Of a stretch of 64,000 nt of DNA, positions 48,431 to 57,845 are shown one piece after another. Each line of letters begins with the position of its first letter. Position 1 is the first letter of the stretch. The stretch is taken from the NCBI GenBank assembly GCA_965221325.1, contig OZ244880.1, one strand, 5' to 3'. The notes below the pieces were generated by a model that was given only the letters and a program-made list of their open reading frames with translations, had not been told where the DNA came from and made no database searches. Both the position numbers and the translations under genes were made by a program. This stretch comes from Candidatus Foliamicus sp. (GTDB taxonomy: Bacteria; Pseudomonadota; Gammaproteobacteria; Steroidobacterales; Foliamicaceae).

Positions 48431-49758
48431 TCGGCGCCGAAGCCCGCAAAGTTGCCGCGTTGGCAGTGCATGGGGTGCTGGGTGGACGCAGCTATATCCA
48501 GGCGCTGCATGACGCCGGCCATGCCGAGCTCCCGCGTGAGGAACAAGCTCTGGCTGCGGAACTCGCGCAGGGAGCCTTGCGCTGGCAGCATCGTCACGCC
48601 GAGCTGCTGCGCCGCCTTCTGGATCGCCCGCGGCCGGGCAGCAAGCTGGAGGCTCTGCTTTCCGTGGGACTGTTCCAACTGGGCCGTACGCGGGTTCCCT
48701 CGCATGCCGCGGTGAGCGCCTGCGTGGCCGCCGCGAAGAGCTTGCTGGCGCCCACCAGGGCGGGCGTGGTCAATGCGGTCCTGCGCCGCTATCTGCGCCA
48801 GCGCTCCGAACTGGAAGCGGCAGCGGATCGCAAGCCCGAAAGCCGCTTTTCGCATCCAGGCTGGATGATCCGGCGGTTAAGGGCCGCGTGGCCCGGCCAC
48901 TGGGAATCCGTTCTGCATGCCGCCAACCGCAAACCGCCGCTGTGGCTGCGCGTCAATCGCTCCAGAATCAGCCGGCGCCAGTATCGCGCCGCGCAACTCA
49001 ATGCCGGGACATGGAGATGCGGCCTGCCGCGCGGCTTGCCCGACGCCCTGCAGCTCGACCCGCCCAGGCCGGCAGCGCGGATTCCGGGATTTACTGCCGG
49101 ATTGGTATCTGTGCAGGACGCGGGCGCGCAGTTGGCCGTTCCCTTGCTTGGCGCCGCGCCGGGGATGCGGATTCTCGATGCGTGCGCGGCCCCAGGCGGC
49201 AAAACAGCGCAATTGCTGGAGACTTGCCCGAAAATAAGCGAGCTTGTGGCCCTGGATTCCGATGCCGGCCGGCTCGTCCGGCTTCAGGAAAACCTTGATC
49301 GGCTGGGGCTGAAGGCAGAGATGCGCGCCGGCGATGCCCAGCGCCCGGACGAGTGGTGGGACGGCCGCCAATTCGACCGCATTCTGCTGGATGCGCCGTG
49401 TTCGGCAACCGGCGTCATTCGGCGCCACCCGGACATCAAGCACTTGCGCCGTCCGGCCGATATTCAACGCTTTGCAAGGCTGCAATCGCGCTTGCTGCGG
49501 AGCCTTTGGCCGCTGCTCAAACCCGGTGGGCGGCTGCTGTATAGCGCCTGTTCGGTACTGCCGGAGGAAACCGCATGCGTAGTCAGGAGTTTTTTGGGGG
49601 AAAATACAAGCTTGGCGCGCGAAGTGAGGGGTACGGACGGTTCGTCGGGGGGTTGGGCGCTGCCATTGTCGGATTGCGGCTATCAGGCGCTGCCGGGTAG
49701 GCGCGGCGCGGACGGACATTTCAATGCGCTACTGGAAAAAACTGCAAGGACATCCTGA
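48427..49758 (+). CDS. rsmB: 16S rRNA (cytosine967-C5)-methyltransferase
   Basis: NusB-like N-domain, SAM site [11 protein letters not shown], catalytic [13 protein letters not shown]. Completes the def-fmt-rsmB synteny. Confidence 0.9.
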   Translation: MIGAEARKVAALAVHGVLGGRSYIQALHDAGHAELPREEQALAAELAQGALRWQHRHAELLRRLLDRPRPGSKLEALLSVGLFQLGRTRVPSHAAVSACVAAAKSLLAPTRAGVVNAVLRRYLRQRSELEAAADRKPESRFSHPGWMIRRLRAAWPGHWESVLHAANRKPPLWLRVNRSRISRRQYRAAQLNAGTWRCGLPRGLPDALQLDPPRPAARIPGFTAGLVSVQDAGAQLAVPLLGAAPGMRILDACAAPGGKTAQLLETCPKISELVALDSDAGRLVRLQENLDRLGLKAEMRAGDAQRPDEWWDGRQFDRILLDAPCSATGVIRRHPDIKHLRRPADIQRFARLQSRLLRSLWPLLKPGGRLLYSACSVLPEETACVVRSFLGENTSLAREVRGTDGSSGGWALPLSDCGYQALPGRRGADGHFNALLEKTARTS

Positions 49759-50317
49759 ACCCTTGGGCCGAAGCTGCCGCTTGGCTGTTTTCGGACTGCT
49801 GCTGGCGCCCCTGTTGGCATCGGCATCGGAAGTCGATGTGCGCCTGGCATATGCGCGTGCCGCCGACGGACAGTGGCTGGTTACCACCCGCGTGGATTTC
49901 GAACTCGACGAGGAGGCCGAGCAACAAGTTCGGCAAGGCTTGCGGCTGAGGGTGGAGGTGGAATTCAGCGTGGCGGAACCGCGCCCGATCATCACGTCCA
50001 GGGAACTGGGCCGGTTTGTGCGTGTCCTCTACCTCGAATATGACGAGGCGTCGGGCCGCTTTGTTGTGGGTGCTCCGTCCGCAGATGCGCGCACGGAATT
50101 CGCGACGATGTTTTCGGCCTTGCGGAAGATCGGCTATCTGGCCGATCAACCGGTCATCGCAGAGTCGGCACTCGTGCCCGGGCAGTCGTACGTGTTCTCG
50201 GTGCAGGCGCGCGTATTTCCGGAAAACGCCGGTTGGTGGCGCCGCAACGTTACGGGACGCCTGGGTTTGGGGCTGTCTTTGAGCAGCGACGCTTATGCCT
50301 GGATGCTAACCCCGTAG
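49724..50317 (+). CDS. DUF4390-like exported protein
   Basis: Signal peptide (LAVFGLLLAPLLASASE). Post-rsmB position and the VDFELDEEAEQQVRQGLRLRVEVEF pattern resemble DUF4390. Confidence 0.6.
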   Translation: MRYWKKLQGHPEPLGRSCRLAVFGLLLAPLLASASEVDVRLAYARAADGQWLVTTRVDFELDEEAEQQVRQGLRLRVEVEFSVAEPRPIITSRELGRFVRVLYLEYDEASGRFVVGAPSADARTEFATMFSALRKIGYLADQPVIAESALVPGQSYVFSVQARVFPENAGWWRRNVTGRLGLGLSLSSDAYAWMLTP

Positions 50318-51067
50318 CAGCAGACTGGCGGCCATGCCCGCAACGGCGATCACGAACACCACTCGGATCACTCCTTCGCCCTTGGACAAGGTCACTCGGG
50401 CGCCCAGCCAGCCTCCCGCGCCATTGCCTACGGCCAGCGTCAGACCCACCAGCCAGAGAATCTGCGATTGCCAGGCAAAGATTCCCAGCGCCAGAAGCGT
50501 GCAGGGGATCAGGATGACCACCTTGTACATGTTCACCCGCACCAGGTCCATGCCGAGTATGCGTTGCAGCGTCGGCATCAGCAGGAATCCCACGCCAACC
50601 TGTATGAAGCCCGCCCAGGCGCCACATAACAGCAGCGCCGCGTAGCCCAGTCTCCGCCGTGCTGGGGTCATGGCTGCTTTCTCGTTCGCGGCGCCCGGCT
50701 TGCGCCGAAGAATTGCCAGGGTCGCCAGGATCATGGTCAGCGCCACGATGCGCTCGAACCATGGTCCGGCCACGCGCACACCTATCATGGCCCCGCCCGC
50801 GGCGCCTATGCAGGCGAACAGCGACAGCCACAAGGCTTCTTTCAGTTCCGAGAACCCGCGTCTGCGGAAAGTGCTGACCGCGACCAGGTTCTGGATGATG
50901 ATGGCCACGCGCAAGGTGCCGTTGGCGACCGGCGCTGGCAAGCCGGCCAGCAACAGGATCGGCAGGCTCAACATCGAGCCGCCGCCGGCCATTACGTTGA
51001 GGAAGCCGGAAGCGCAGCCCGCCAGAAGAAGCAAAGGCAGGAATTCCGCCGGGAGTGATTCCATCAC
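50306..51067 (-). CDS. TauE/SafE-family sulfite/anion exporter
   Basis: 253-aa polytopic protein with duplicated 4-TM halves and the GGGSMLSLPILL motif of the DUF81/TauE family. Confidence 0.85.
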   Translation of the reverse strand: MMESLPAEFLPLLLLAGCASGFLNVMAGGGSMLSLPILLLAGLPAPVANGTLRVAIIIQNLVAVSTFRRRGFSELKEALWLSLFACIGAAGGAMIGVRVAGPWFERIVALTMILATLAILRRKPGAANEKAAMTPARRRLGYAALLLCGAWAGFIQVGVGFLLMPTLQRILGMDLVRVNMYKVVILIPCTLLALGIFAWQSQILWLVGLTLAVGNGAGGWLGARVTLSKGEGVIRVVFVIAVAGMAASLLLRG

Positions 51068-52131
51068 GCGCCGGCTGGCAAACTACTTTGCAGGATCTCG
51101 GGAAGATTCGCGCGCTGCAGAGGCGGCAGGTCGGCGGGCGCCGGGCGCGAGTTATAGGTGTTCCAGAACATGACGTTCAGACCCTTGAAGCGTCCGGCGC
51201 GGCCGTCATGCAGCAGGGCGGCTGCGGCCTTGCCCGAATACGTGTATTCCAGTTGGGTGGCGGCGCTGTTCTTCATCAACTCGATGGCTTCGAGCGCAGC
51301 GCCGGTGGGCAGCGCATATCCGTCCCCGAAGAATTCCTCGCGAAACTCCACACGCCCCAGCGCGTCGCCCTGGACCGGTACGCCAGCCTTGCCCAGCAGC
51401 GGGCGAAGGCTCCCGGCCAGATCTCGTATGTTGTGCATGGAGGTCATCTGATCGGTCACGACCCGGGCTGCCACGATACGGGTTTCGAGCCCGGCTAAAG
51501 GCAGGCCGAAGTCCAGCCCAACGGTGGTGCCCGAGGAGCCGCAAGGCAGGTAAATCAGGTCCGGTGCCGGACACTCGCCGGCCGCTACCTGTTCGGCCAG
51601 TTCCAGCGCGGCGCAAACGTAGCCGAGGCTGCCCAGAGACGAGGAGCCGCCGAGAGGTATTTCATACCATGCACCTTCGTCGGCCAGAAATCGTGAGCGT
51701 ACCGCCTGCATCTGCTTCGGGCCATCGGCAGGTTCCAGCCGGGTTCCCAGCAGCAGGTGATGGCGCAGCGTTGCCTCGGCATATGGCGTAGGCGGCTGCG
51801 GTCGGACGATCCCCACGCACTCCAAGCCGAGTTGGTGCGCGTACAGCGACGTGGAAAGGATGTGATTCGAGCCCACCGCGCCGTAGGTGAGCACGCCGCG
51901 ACAGCCGCGCTGCCGAGCGTCGGCAAGCAGAAATTCCAGCTTGCGGAGCTTGTTGCCGCCGTGCTCAGCGCCGCTGATGTCGTCGCGCTTGATCCAGACC
52001 GATTCGGCGCCTAGTTCCTTGGCCAGCCCGACATGGCGGTCCACCGGCGTCGGAGTGTCGGCGATGGCTGTCCACGGGAAATGGCGCCGAATTTGGTCGC
52101 GGTACGCGCAGGCGCTGGTGCTGTGCGTCAT
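51064..52131 (-). CDS. PLP-dependent D-cysteine desulfhydrase / ACC deaminase family enzyme (possibly L-cysteate sulfo-lyase-like)
   Basis: WIKRDDISGAEHGGNKLRKLEFLL (PLP Lys) and GAVGSNH are motifs of this fold-type II family. Stop overlaps the TauE start (ATGA). Confidence 0.8.
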   Translation of the reverse strand: MTHSTSACAYRDQIRRHFPWTAIADTPTPVDRHVGLAKELGAESVWIKRDDISGAEHGGNKLRKLEFLLADARQRGCRGVLTYGAVGSNHILSTSLYAHQLGLECVGIVRPQPPTPYAEATLRHHLLLGTRLEPADGPKQMQAVRSRFLADEGAWYEIPLGGSSSLGSLGYVCAALELAEQVAAGECPAPDLIYLPCGSSGTTVGLDFGLPLAGLETRIVAARVVTDQMTSMHNIRDLAGSLRPLLGKAGVPVQGDALGRVEFREEFFGDGYALPTGAALEAIELMKNSAATQLEYTYSGKAAAALLHDGRAGRFKGLNVMFWNTYNSRPAPADLPPLQRANLPEILQSSLPAGA

Positions 52132-52204
52132 GAGTGCTTGAGTATCAGAAGGGCGGGGAAGAAAACAATCGAGCTTTGTGCTTGGTCTTGTCGAAGCATC
52201 AAGA

Positions 52205-52831
52205 CTATTGAACCAGTTTCAGAAGTATTACGTCGAAGCGATGATCGCGCAATCGAGCCCGGTCGGCGTTGAGCTGCGCCAGGTCGCTGGTGGGGCCGAC
52301 CCGCACGCGGAAATACGTTTGTCTGTCGAGCCTGACCGGTTGGATGCGGGCGCTCATACCCACCAGCGCCACCCGCGCGCGCAGCGATTCCGCATCCTCC
52401 TCGCGTGTGAATGCGCCCAACTGCAACACATACATCCCCGGTGTTTCCACCGGCCTGGGCGCTTGCGGTTCGGGTGCGTCTGAAGCCACGGGGCCCGGTT
52501 GTGCAGCGCTATAGGCAGTCGCTTGCGTCGCGGCATCGGTGGTCTGCAGAGGCTCGGATTCGGTGGTCGATTGTGTGGATGTTTGCGCCGGCGCCGACAG
52601 GGTCTCCTCCATCACTTCTTCGCCGCGCTCCAGGATGTCGTAGAAGTCGAACCTGGGGTTGGCGGGCGGAGGGGCGGACAGCACTTCCGGCGACGGTTCG
52701 GTCAGCCATTGCATGAACTGCGGATAGACCCAAAGCGCCAACGCCAGCCCCAAGGCCCCTCCCACTGCCAGTCCTGCGGCAAACTCGCCGCGGCGCCCGC
52801 CTCGCGCCCGAGTCTTGCTGCGCTTCGCCAT
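52205..52831 (-). CDS. SPOR-domain membrane protein
   Basis: N-terminal TM, low-complexity linker, C-terminal YVLQLGAFTREEDAESLRARVALVGMSARI...YFRVRVGP SPOR fold. Lies downstream of argS. Confidence 0.75.
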   Translation of the reverse strand: MAKRSKTRARGGRRGEFAAGLAVGGALGLALALWVYPQFMQWLTEPSPEVLSAPPPANPRFDFYDILERGEEVMEETLSAPAQTSTQSTTESEPLQTTDAATQATAYSAAQPGPVASDAPEPQAPRPVETPGMYVLQLGAFTREEDAESLRARVALVGMSARIQPVRLDRQTYFRVRVGPTSDLAQLNADRARLRDHRFDVILLKLVQ

Positions 52832-52833
52832 TC

Positions 52834-54576
52834 CTACATACTCTTTGGCGCTGAAACGCCCAGCATTCCCAGCCCGTTGCGCAGAACCTGACCGCCGGCA
52901 TGCGCCAGCAGAAGCCGCGCAGCGCGCAGGTCCGGCTCCGCATCCAGCACCTTGCAGTGGTTGTACCAGCCGTGAAAGGCCTGGGCCAGACCGATCAGGT
53001 AGTGCGCCAGCACCTGAGGCGCTCTCTGCATGGCTGCCTGTTCCACGGTTTCCGGCAAGCGGGCCAAGGCCAGCATCAGGTCGGTCTCCCGGGGATGGCT
53101 GAGCGCGTCCGTATGCTCCATGGCGTCGTCGGGGGAGAATGAAAGGCCGCGCGCCTGTAGTTTTTCGAACAGGCTGGCGACGCGTGCGTGGGCATACTGA
53201 ACGTAATAGACGGGATTGTCGTTGGAGTGGCGCTTGGCGAGATCAAGGTCGAAGTCAAGATGTTGTTCTCCCGCCCTGGTTACGTAAAAGAAGCGCGCTG
53301 CATCGACGCCTACCTCTTCGCGCAAGTTCCGCAAGGTCTCAAACTCGCCTCCGCGGGTCGTCATCGCTACCCGCTTGCCGCTACGCAGCAGCGCAACGAA
53401 TTGCACAAGCCGCACTTCGAGGCAGGAAGGCGGCTGGTCCAGCGCTTCCAGGCCCGCCCGCACCCTGTTGATGTAGCCGTGGTGGTCCGCGCCCAGCACG
53501 TCGAGCAGCAGGTCTGCACCCCGTTCACGCTTGGCGTAATGATAGGCGATATCGGAGGCGAAATAGGTGCTGCGGCCGTCGGCCCGCACCACGACGCGGT
53601 CCTTTTCGTCGCCATAGCGCTCGGCGGGGAACCAGAGCGCCCCGTCGCGCCGGTAGGTGATTCCGTCGAGACGTCTCAGGCAGTTGTCGATGGCGCCGCC
53701 GTCCACCAGTTCGCGCTCGGATTGCCAGCGGTCGAAACGCACGCCGAACTGCTTGAGATCGTCACGAATATCGTCCAGCACCCACTCGCCCGCGGTGCGT
53801 CCGAGGTCGAAAAACAGCGCTTCTCCAAGCTGGCGCCGCGCCGCTTCAATGAGCGCGTCAACATACTGGTCCGCATCCGCATCGCCGTCTTCGTTCTTGT
53901 TCGGCCATGCGAAGCCGCGCTGCACCGCCGCCGCGGCTTCTGGTAGCGCCTCGGCCATCCGCTCAGCCAGGTCCCGAATGTAATCGCCGCGATAGGCCCC
54001 TTTCGGAAAAGACTTCAGACCCGCGGCCTGTTCCAGCATGCGCAGCCATACGGACAAGCCCAGCACTGCCACTTGGCGGCCGGCGTCATTCACATAGTAT
54101 TCGCGCCAGACCTCATGCCCGGTTGCTTCCAGCAGCCGCGCCAGACTGTCTCCGATGGCCGCATGGCGACCATGACCGACATGCAGCGGGCCGGTCGGGT
54201 TGGCGGACACAAATTCCACCAGCACTCGCCGCCCTTCGCCCAAGTCGCTGCGCCCATATTTCTCGCCTCGCTGGGTGATACGGCCGAGTTCGCCCTGCAG
54301 CGCACCGGCGTGCAGCCACAAGTTCATGAAGCCCGGGCCGGCTATTTCGGTGCGCTCGATCAGCGAATTCTGCGGTAAGGCATCCACTATTTCGCGGGCA
54401 ATGTCCCGCGGTTGGCGCTTCAGCTTGCCGGCAAGCTGCATCGCAGCGCTGCAGGCGTAGTGTCCATTGCGCGGATCGCGCGTTTGCTCAATCGCGGCGT
54501 GCCGCAGGCTATCCGCATGATTGCCGGCAATGGCGCGCAAGGCTGGCGCGATCAGGGTGCTGAGTGCTTTCTTCAT
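52834..54576 (-). CDS. argS: Arginine--tRNA ligase
   Basis: HIGH-type motif NPTGPLHVGHGR, DALR anticodon-binding C-terminus, ends LGVSAPKSM. Start at MKKALSTL. Confidence 0.93.
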   Translation of the reverse strand: MKKALSTLIAPALRAIAGNHADSLRHAAIEQTRDPRNGHYACSAAMQLAGKLKRQPRDIAREIVDALPQNSLIERTEIAGPGFMNLWLHAGALQGELGRITQRGEKYGRSDLGEGRRVLVEFVSANPTGPLHVGHGRHAAIGDSLARLLEATGHEVWREYYVNDAGRQVAVLGLSVWLRMLEQAAGLKSFPKGAYRGDYIRDLAERMAEALPEAAAAVQRGFAWPNKNEDGDADADQYVDALIEAARRQLGEALFFDLGRTAGEWVLDDIRDDLKQFGVRFDRWQSERELVDGGAIDNCLRRLDGITYRRDGALWFPAERYGDEKDRVVVRADGRSTYFASDIAYHYAKRERGADLLLDVLGADHHGYINRVRAGLEALDQPPSCLEVRLVQFVALLRSGKRVAMTTRGGEFETLRNLREEVGVDAARFFYVTRAGEQHLDFDLDLAKRHSNDNPVYYVQYAHARVASLFEKLQARGLSFSPDDAMEHTDALSHPRETDLMLALARLPETVEQAAMQRAPQVLAHYLIGLAQAFHGWYNHCKVLDAEPDLRAARLLLAHAGGQVLRNGLGMLGVSAPKSM

Positions 54577-54734
54577 TGCCGGGCCGCCGGGGATTTTATT
54601 CGCTCGCGGCACTGCGCGTGCGTAGCGGTTGGCTGGGGTTGCCTGCTTCGGTTTGCCTCGGGAACTGCGTTTTGGGCCATATCATGGGGTGCCGGACACG
54701 AGCGCTGCGGCAGGGCAGCAAGGGCAAGGCGGAC

Positions 54735-55781
54735 ATGATGAAGAGACTTGTGGGTTTGGCGCTCTGCGCCGTAGCTGGCGCAACTGCCGCGCAGGACAGC
54801 GCAACGGTAACCGCGGCGGGATTGGAGCGCTTCGAGGGCGGACAGATCGAACTAGGGTTCTCCGACCCGCGCATTGAAACGGGATTCGAGGTCCTGAGCT
54901 CCGCGCGCGTCAGGGACGGTGGCGCCACGCTGACCTTCCCGCTTGCCGAGCCTCTGCAGGTCGAGGTCAAGCTGCAAGCCGGGTCATCCACCGAAGGCTT
55001 CCGCGCGCAAGGAATCGCGGAGCCCGGCGCGCGTCACGAAGTGGCCTGGAACGCCCGGCAAAACGCACTGGAGTATTCGGGAGGACGCTACGACGACCTT
55101 ATCAAGCTGGCGCTGGCCGAACCGGAGGAAACCCGGACACTTGCCCTGCGTCAGATCTACCTCAATGACTCCGACCCGCGCGCCCGCCTCATGGCACTGC
55201 AGGCGGGGTGGCGCGAAGGGCAGGACGCGGAGCAAATGGCGGTGCTGGCCGAGCTGGAATCGCTGTTGGGCGACGGCCTCGTCATTGACCTGCTGAAGGT
55301 TGCGGCGGAACAGCGTGATGTTGAGCGCGCCCGCGCAATCCAGGGCTATTCCGCCTTCGATCTTGCCGGCGACGAGGTGCGTTTTGCCGACGTGCTGGCT
55401 GCAAACAAATTCACGCTGGTGGAGTTCTGGGCTTCCTGGTGCGCGCCGTGCATCGTGGAGATTCCGAATCTCAAGGCCGCATACGCGAGCTTCGGGGAGC
55501 GAGGGTTCGAAATATTGGCGTTCAATCTCGACGACGACAGGGAGGATTGGCGGCAGGCGTCCGAAGACGACTACAGCATCCCGTGGCTGGACGTCTCAGA
55601 CGACTTGTCTTTCGACAGCCCGTTCGCAAAGCTCTACGGCGTGGACGCCATCCCCGCCAGCTTCCTGCTCAATGCCGAAGGCAGGACGGTGGGCCGCAAC
55701 CTGCATGGCGCCGCGCTCGCAGCCCGGCTTGAGGAACTCCTCGCCATGGAGACGGAGCCCGGTTCGCTGTCCGCTCCATAG
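54735..55781 (+). CDS. TlpA-like thiol:disulfide oxidoreductase with an N-terminal domain of unknown function
   Basis: Signal peptide MMKRLVGLALCAVAGATAAQ. C-terminal thioredoxin fold FTLVEFWASWCAPCIVEIP (CxxC). Confidence 0.8.
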   Translation: MMKRLVGLALCAVAGATAAQDSATVTAAGLERFEGGQIELGFSDPRIETGFEVLSSARVRDGGATLTFPLAEPLQVEVKLQAGSSTEGFRAQGIAEPGARHEVAWNARQNALEYSGGRYDDLIKLALAEPEETRTLALRQIYLNDSDPRARLMALQAGWREGQDAEQMAVLAELESLLGDGLVIDLLKVAAEQRDVERARAIQGYSAFDLAGDEVRFADVLAANKFTLVEFWASWCAPCIVEIPNLKAAYASFGERGFEILAFNLDDDREDWRQASEDDYSIPWLDVSDDLSFDSPFAKLYGVDAIPASFLLNAEGRTVGRNLHGAALAARLEELLAMETEPGSLSAP

Positions 55782-55867
55782 CCCGCAAACAGCGTCACTC
55801 CCCGCCGACGCCCGGCGCCAGCGGAAGAGAGGCCCGCTGGCGGGGCGGCGGGCGAGTGCCCGCGCCG

Positions 55868-56884
55868 TTACATGGGCGCGGGTTCGTTCTCCTTCATGTA
55901 CACCTCGAACGAGGATTCGCTGGGCATGTCCTCGTCCAGCTCTTCGACCAGGTATTCGGGGTAGTTCTTCTCGGCGTACGCGGAAATGTGCGGCGGCAGC
56001 TCGCTGAGATCGCCCAGGCTCTTGGTGGTGCAGCGATAGAACAGGCGGCCTTCATGCTGGCCCATCATCATCCATGGCAGCCAGGGCGCCAGTCGAATCC
56101 AGGAGCCGCTGTGCTTGACGCGGTGCAGTGACGGGTCGCGCAGTTCGTCGGCATCGCAGACGTACTCGAACATCTCGCAAACCGGCAGGCGCTCGCCTGT
56201 TGATTCCCGTACCCAGACCTTGGGGTCGAGCAGGTTGGGCACCTCGGCGCGGAAATCCAGCCACACGGAGGTCTGCTTGCCGATGGTCTGCCAGTTCAGA
56301 ATAAACGGATTGGAAGGATCGTCGGACGCTCTGTAATTGGGAAACTTGAAATCCATGCGGCCGGTTTGGGCTCCCACGGGCGCACCGATGCGGAACTGCG
56401 GCCCGAAAACGCCCTTCACCATCCGGTTGTGGATATGCATCACCTTGTTGGTCTCGCCGGTGTACGGGTTCTCCCAGGTCTCGATCACCTCGTTGGTCTT
56501 CAGGTCCTTGTAGAAGCCCACTTCCTTCCAGAAACTCGCGAATGCGCCGTTCTCCATGCGCACCGTGTAGCCGAGGCCGAATCCTTCCAGTCCGAACAAG
56601 GCGTCCGGCGTCTTGTTCGGCAGCATTCCGAACACCAGACCGGAATACCAGCCATGCACCCAGTCGCGGTCCTTCAGCGAATTGGAGAGCTTGAAGTAGG
56701 CTTCGAGATTGTCGTTGGGGTTCATCCAGTCGAAATCGATCGGCGGCTGATCCGGGGTCTGCGCCTGTTCCTGGCCCTCGTCCTGGCCTCCGCCGCAAGC
56801 GGGCAGAGTCGATGCAGCCGCCAGAGCGGCGCCTCCGAGCAACAGGTTGCGGCGATTGAGCGGTGAGTCGAATTGAAGCAGCAT
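55868..56884 (-). CDS. DUF1838-like protein with Tat signal and lipobox
   Basis: NRRNLLLGGAALAAASTLPACGG gives a twin-Arg plus L-P-A-C. The core motif FYKDLKTNEVIETWENPYTGETNKV is shared with the divergent paralog. Confidence 0.65.
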   Translation of the reverse strand: MLLQFDSPLNRRNLLLGGAALAAASTLPACGGGQDEGQEQAQTPDQPPIDFDWMNPNDNLEAYFKLSNSLKDRDWVHGWYSGLVFGMLPNKTPDALFGLEGFGLGYTVRMENGAFASFWKEVGFYKDLKTNEVIETWENPYTGETNKVMHIHNRMVKGVFGPQFRIGAPVGAQTGRMDFKFPNYRASDDPSNPFILNWQTIGKQTSVWLDFRAEVPNLLDPKVWVRESTGERLPVCEMFEYVCDADELRDPSLHRVKHSGSWIRLAPWLPWMMMGQHEGRLFYRCTTKSLGDLSELPPHISAYAEKNYPEYLVEELDEDMPSESSFEVYMKENEPAPM

Positions 56885-56958
56885 GACGGTTCTCCCCTTG
56901 AATTCCGGAGCTTGCCTGCCCATGATACCGGACACCCTACGGCACCGGGAGGAATGAA

Positions 56959-57807
56959 ATGAAACGCAGAACAGCATTGGGACTTATTGCTTCCGCCGCG
57001 GCCGCGCCGCTGGCGCGGGTGGCTTCGGCGGCGCCGGCAGAAATGCTTGAGTTGGACCCGTCCAATCCCGCGCACACGCTCATGATTACGCGCAAGCTTG
57101 CGCACAGCATGGATGACGGCATTGTCTATTGGTGGGCAAAATTGCTGCGCACGGCGGTGCTGGACAAGATCGTCACGCCGCTGTGGAACGTGCATGTGGC
57201 TGCGGCGCTCAAGACCCGGGATGTCACCGAGCACACGGCTTACGAGACCACGGCCATCAGCATGGTTTTCTACACCGACCTGCAAACCGGCCAATACATG
57301 GAAACCTTCAACAACCCCTTCACGGGCCAGGAGGTCGAAATCGGATATTTCCCCGCCACGCCGTCGAAGCGCGTGGCCAGCATTGATGAAACGCCCGAAG
57401 AGCGGCCAGGCCGGGAGGGGTTCAAGCGCATCAACATCCACCCCCTTGGCCCGGCCCTGATCGAGGGCGACGATGTCTGGGTGCGGGACGACGACGTGTT
57501 TCGTAGCGAACCGCTCACGCCCGAGGCCGGACTGCCGTTTCGCGGCAACGATTGGAGCACTTATCACGGTTCGCTGGCGCAGGTGGCCAATCCCGAGGTT
57601 CTGAATGCGCCCGCCACCTGGCACTTCAACGATATTCTCAGCTATCCACCCTGGCTGGGCATGGGCGATCGGCCGGGCGATTTCGTGTCCCGGGGCTTTG
57701 GGCGCAAGGTGTCGTCATACCAGGAAATGCCGGCACAACTGCAGGAGTTCATCAAGATGCGCCACCCGGACATCTATGCCGACCCTGCGGGCGCGCTTGA
57801 GGGATGA
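56959..57807 (+). CDS. DUF1838-like protein (paralog) with Tat-like signal
   Basis: MKRRTALGLIASAAAAPLARVASA signal; FYTDLQTGQYMETFNNPFTGQEVEI core motif. Confidence 0.65.
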   Translation: MKRRTALGLIASAAAAPLARVASAAPAEMLELDPSNPAHTLMITRKLAHSMDDGIVYWWAKLLRTAVLDKIVTPLWNVHVAAALKTRDVTEHTAYETTAISMVFYTDLQTGQYMETFNNPFTGQEVEIGYFPATPSKRVASIDETPEERPGREGFKRINIHPLGPALIEGDDVWVRDDDVFRSEPLTPEAGLPFRGNDWSTYHGSLAQVANPEVLNAPATWHFNDILSYPPWLGMGDRPGDFVSRGFGRKVSSYQEMPAQLQEFIKMRHPDIYADPAGALEG

Positions 57808-57845
57808 GCGCGCATATCGGCTGCATCCAACAAGGGGAGAAAAAC

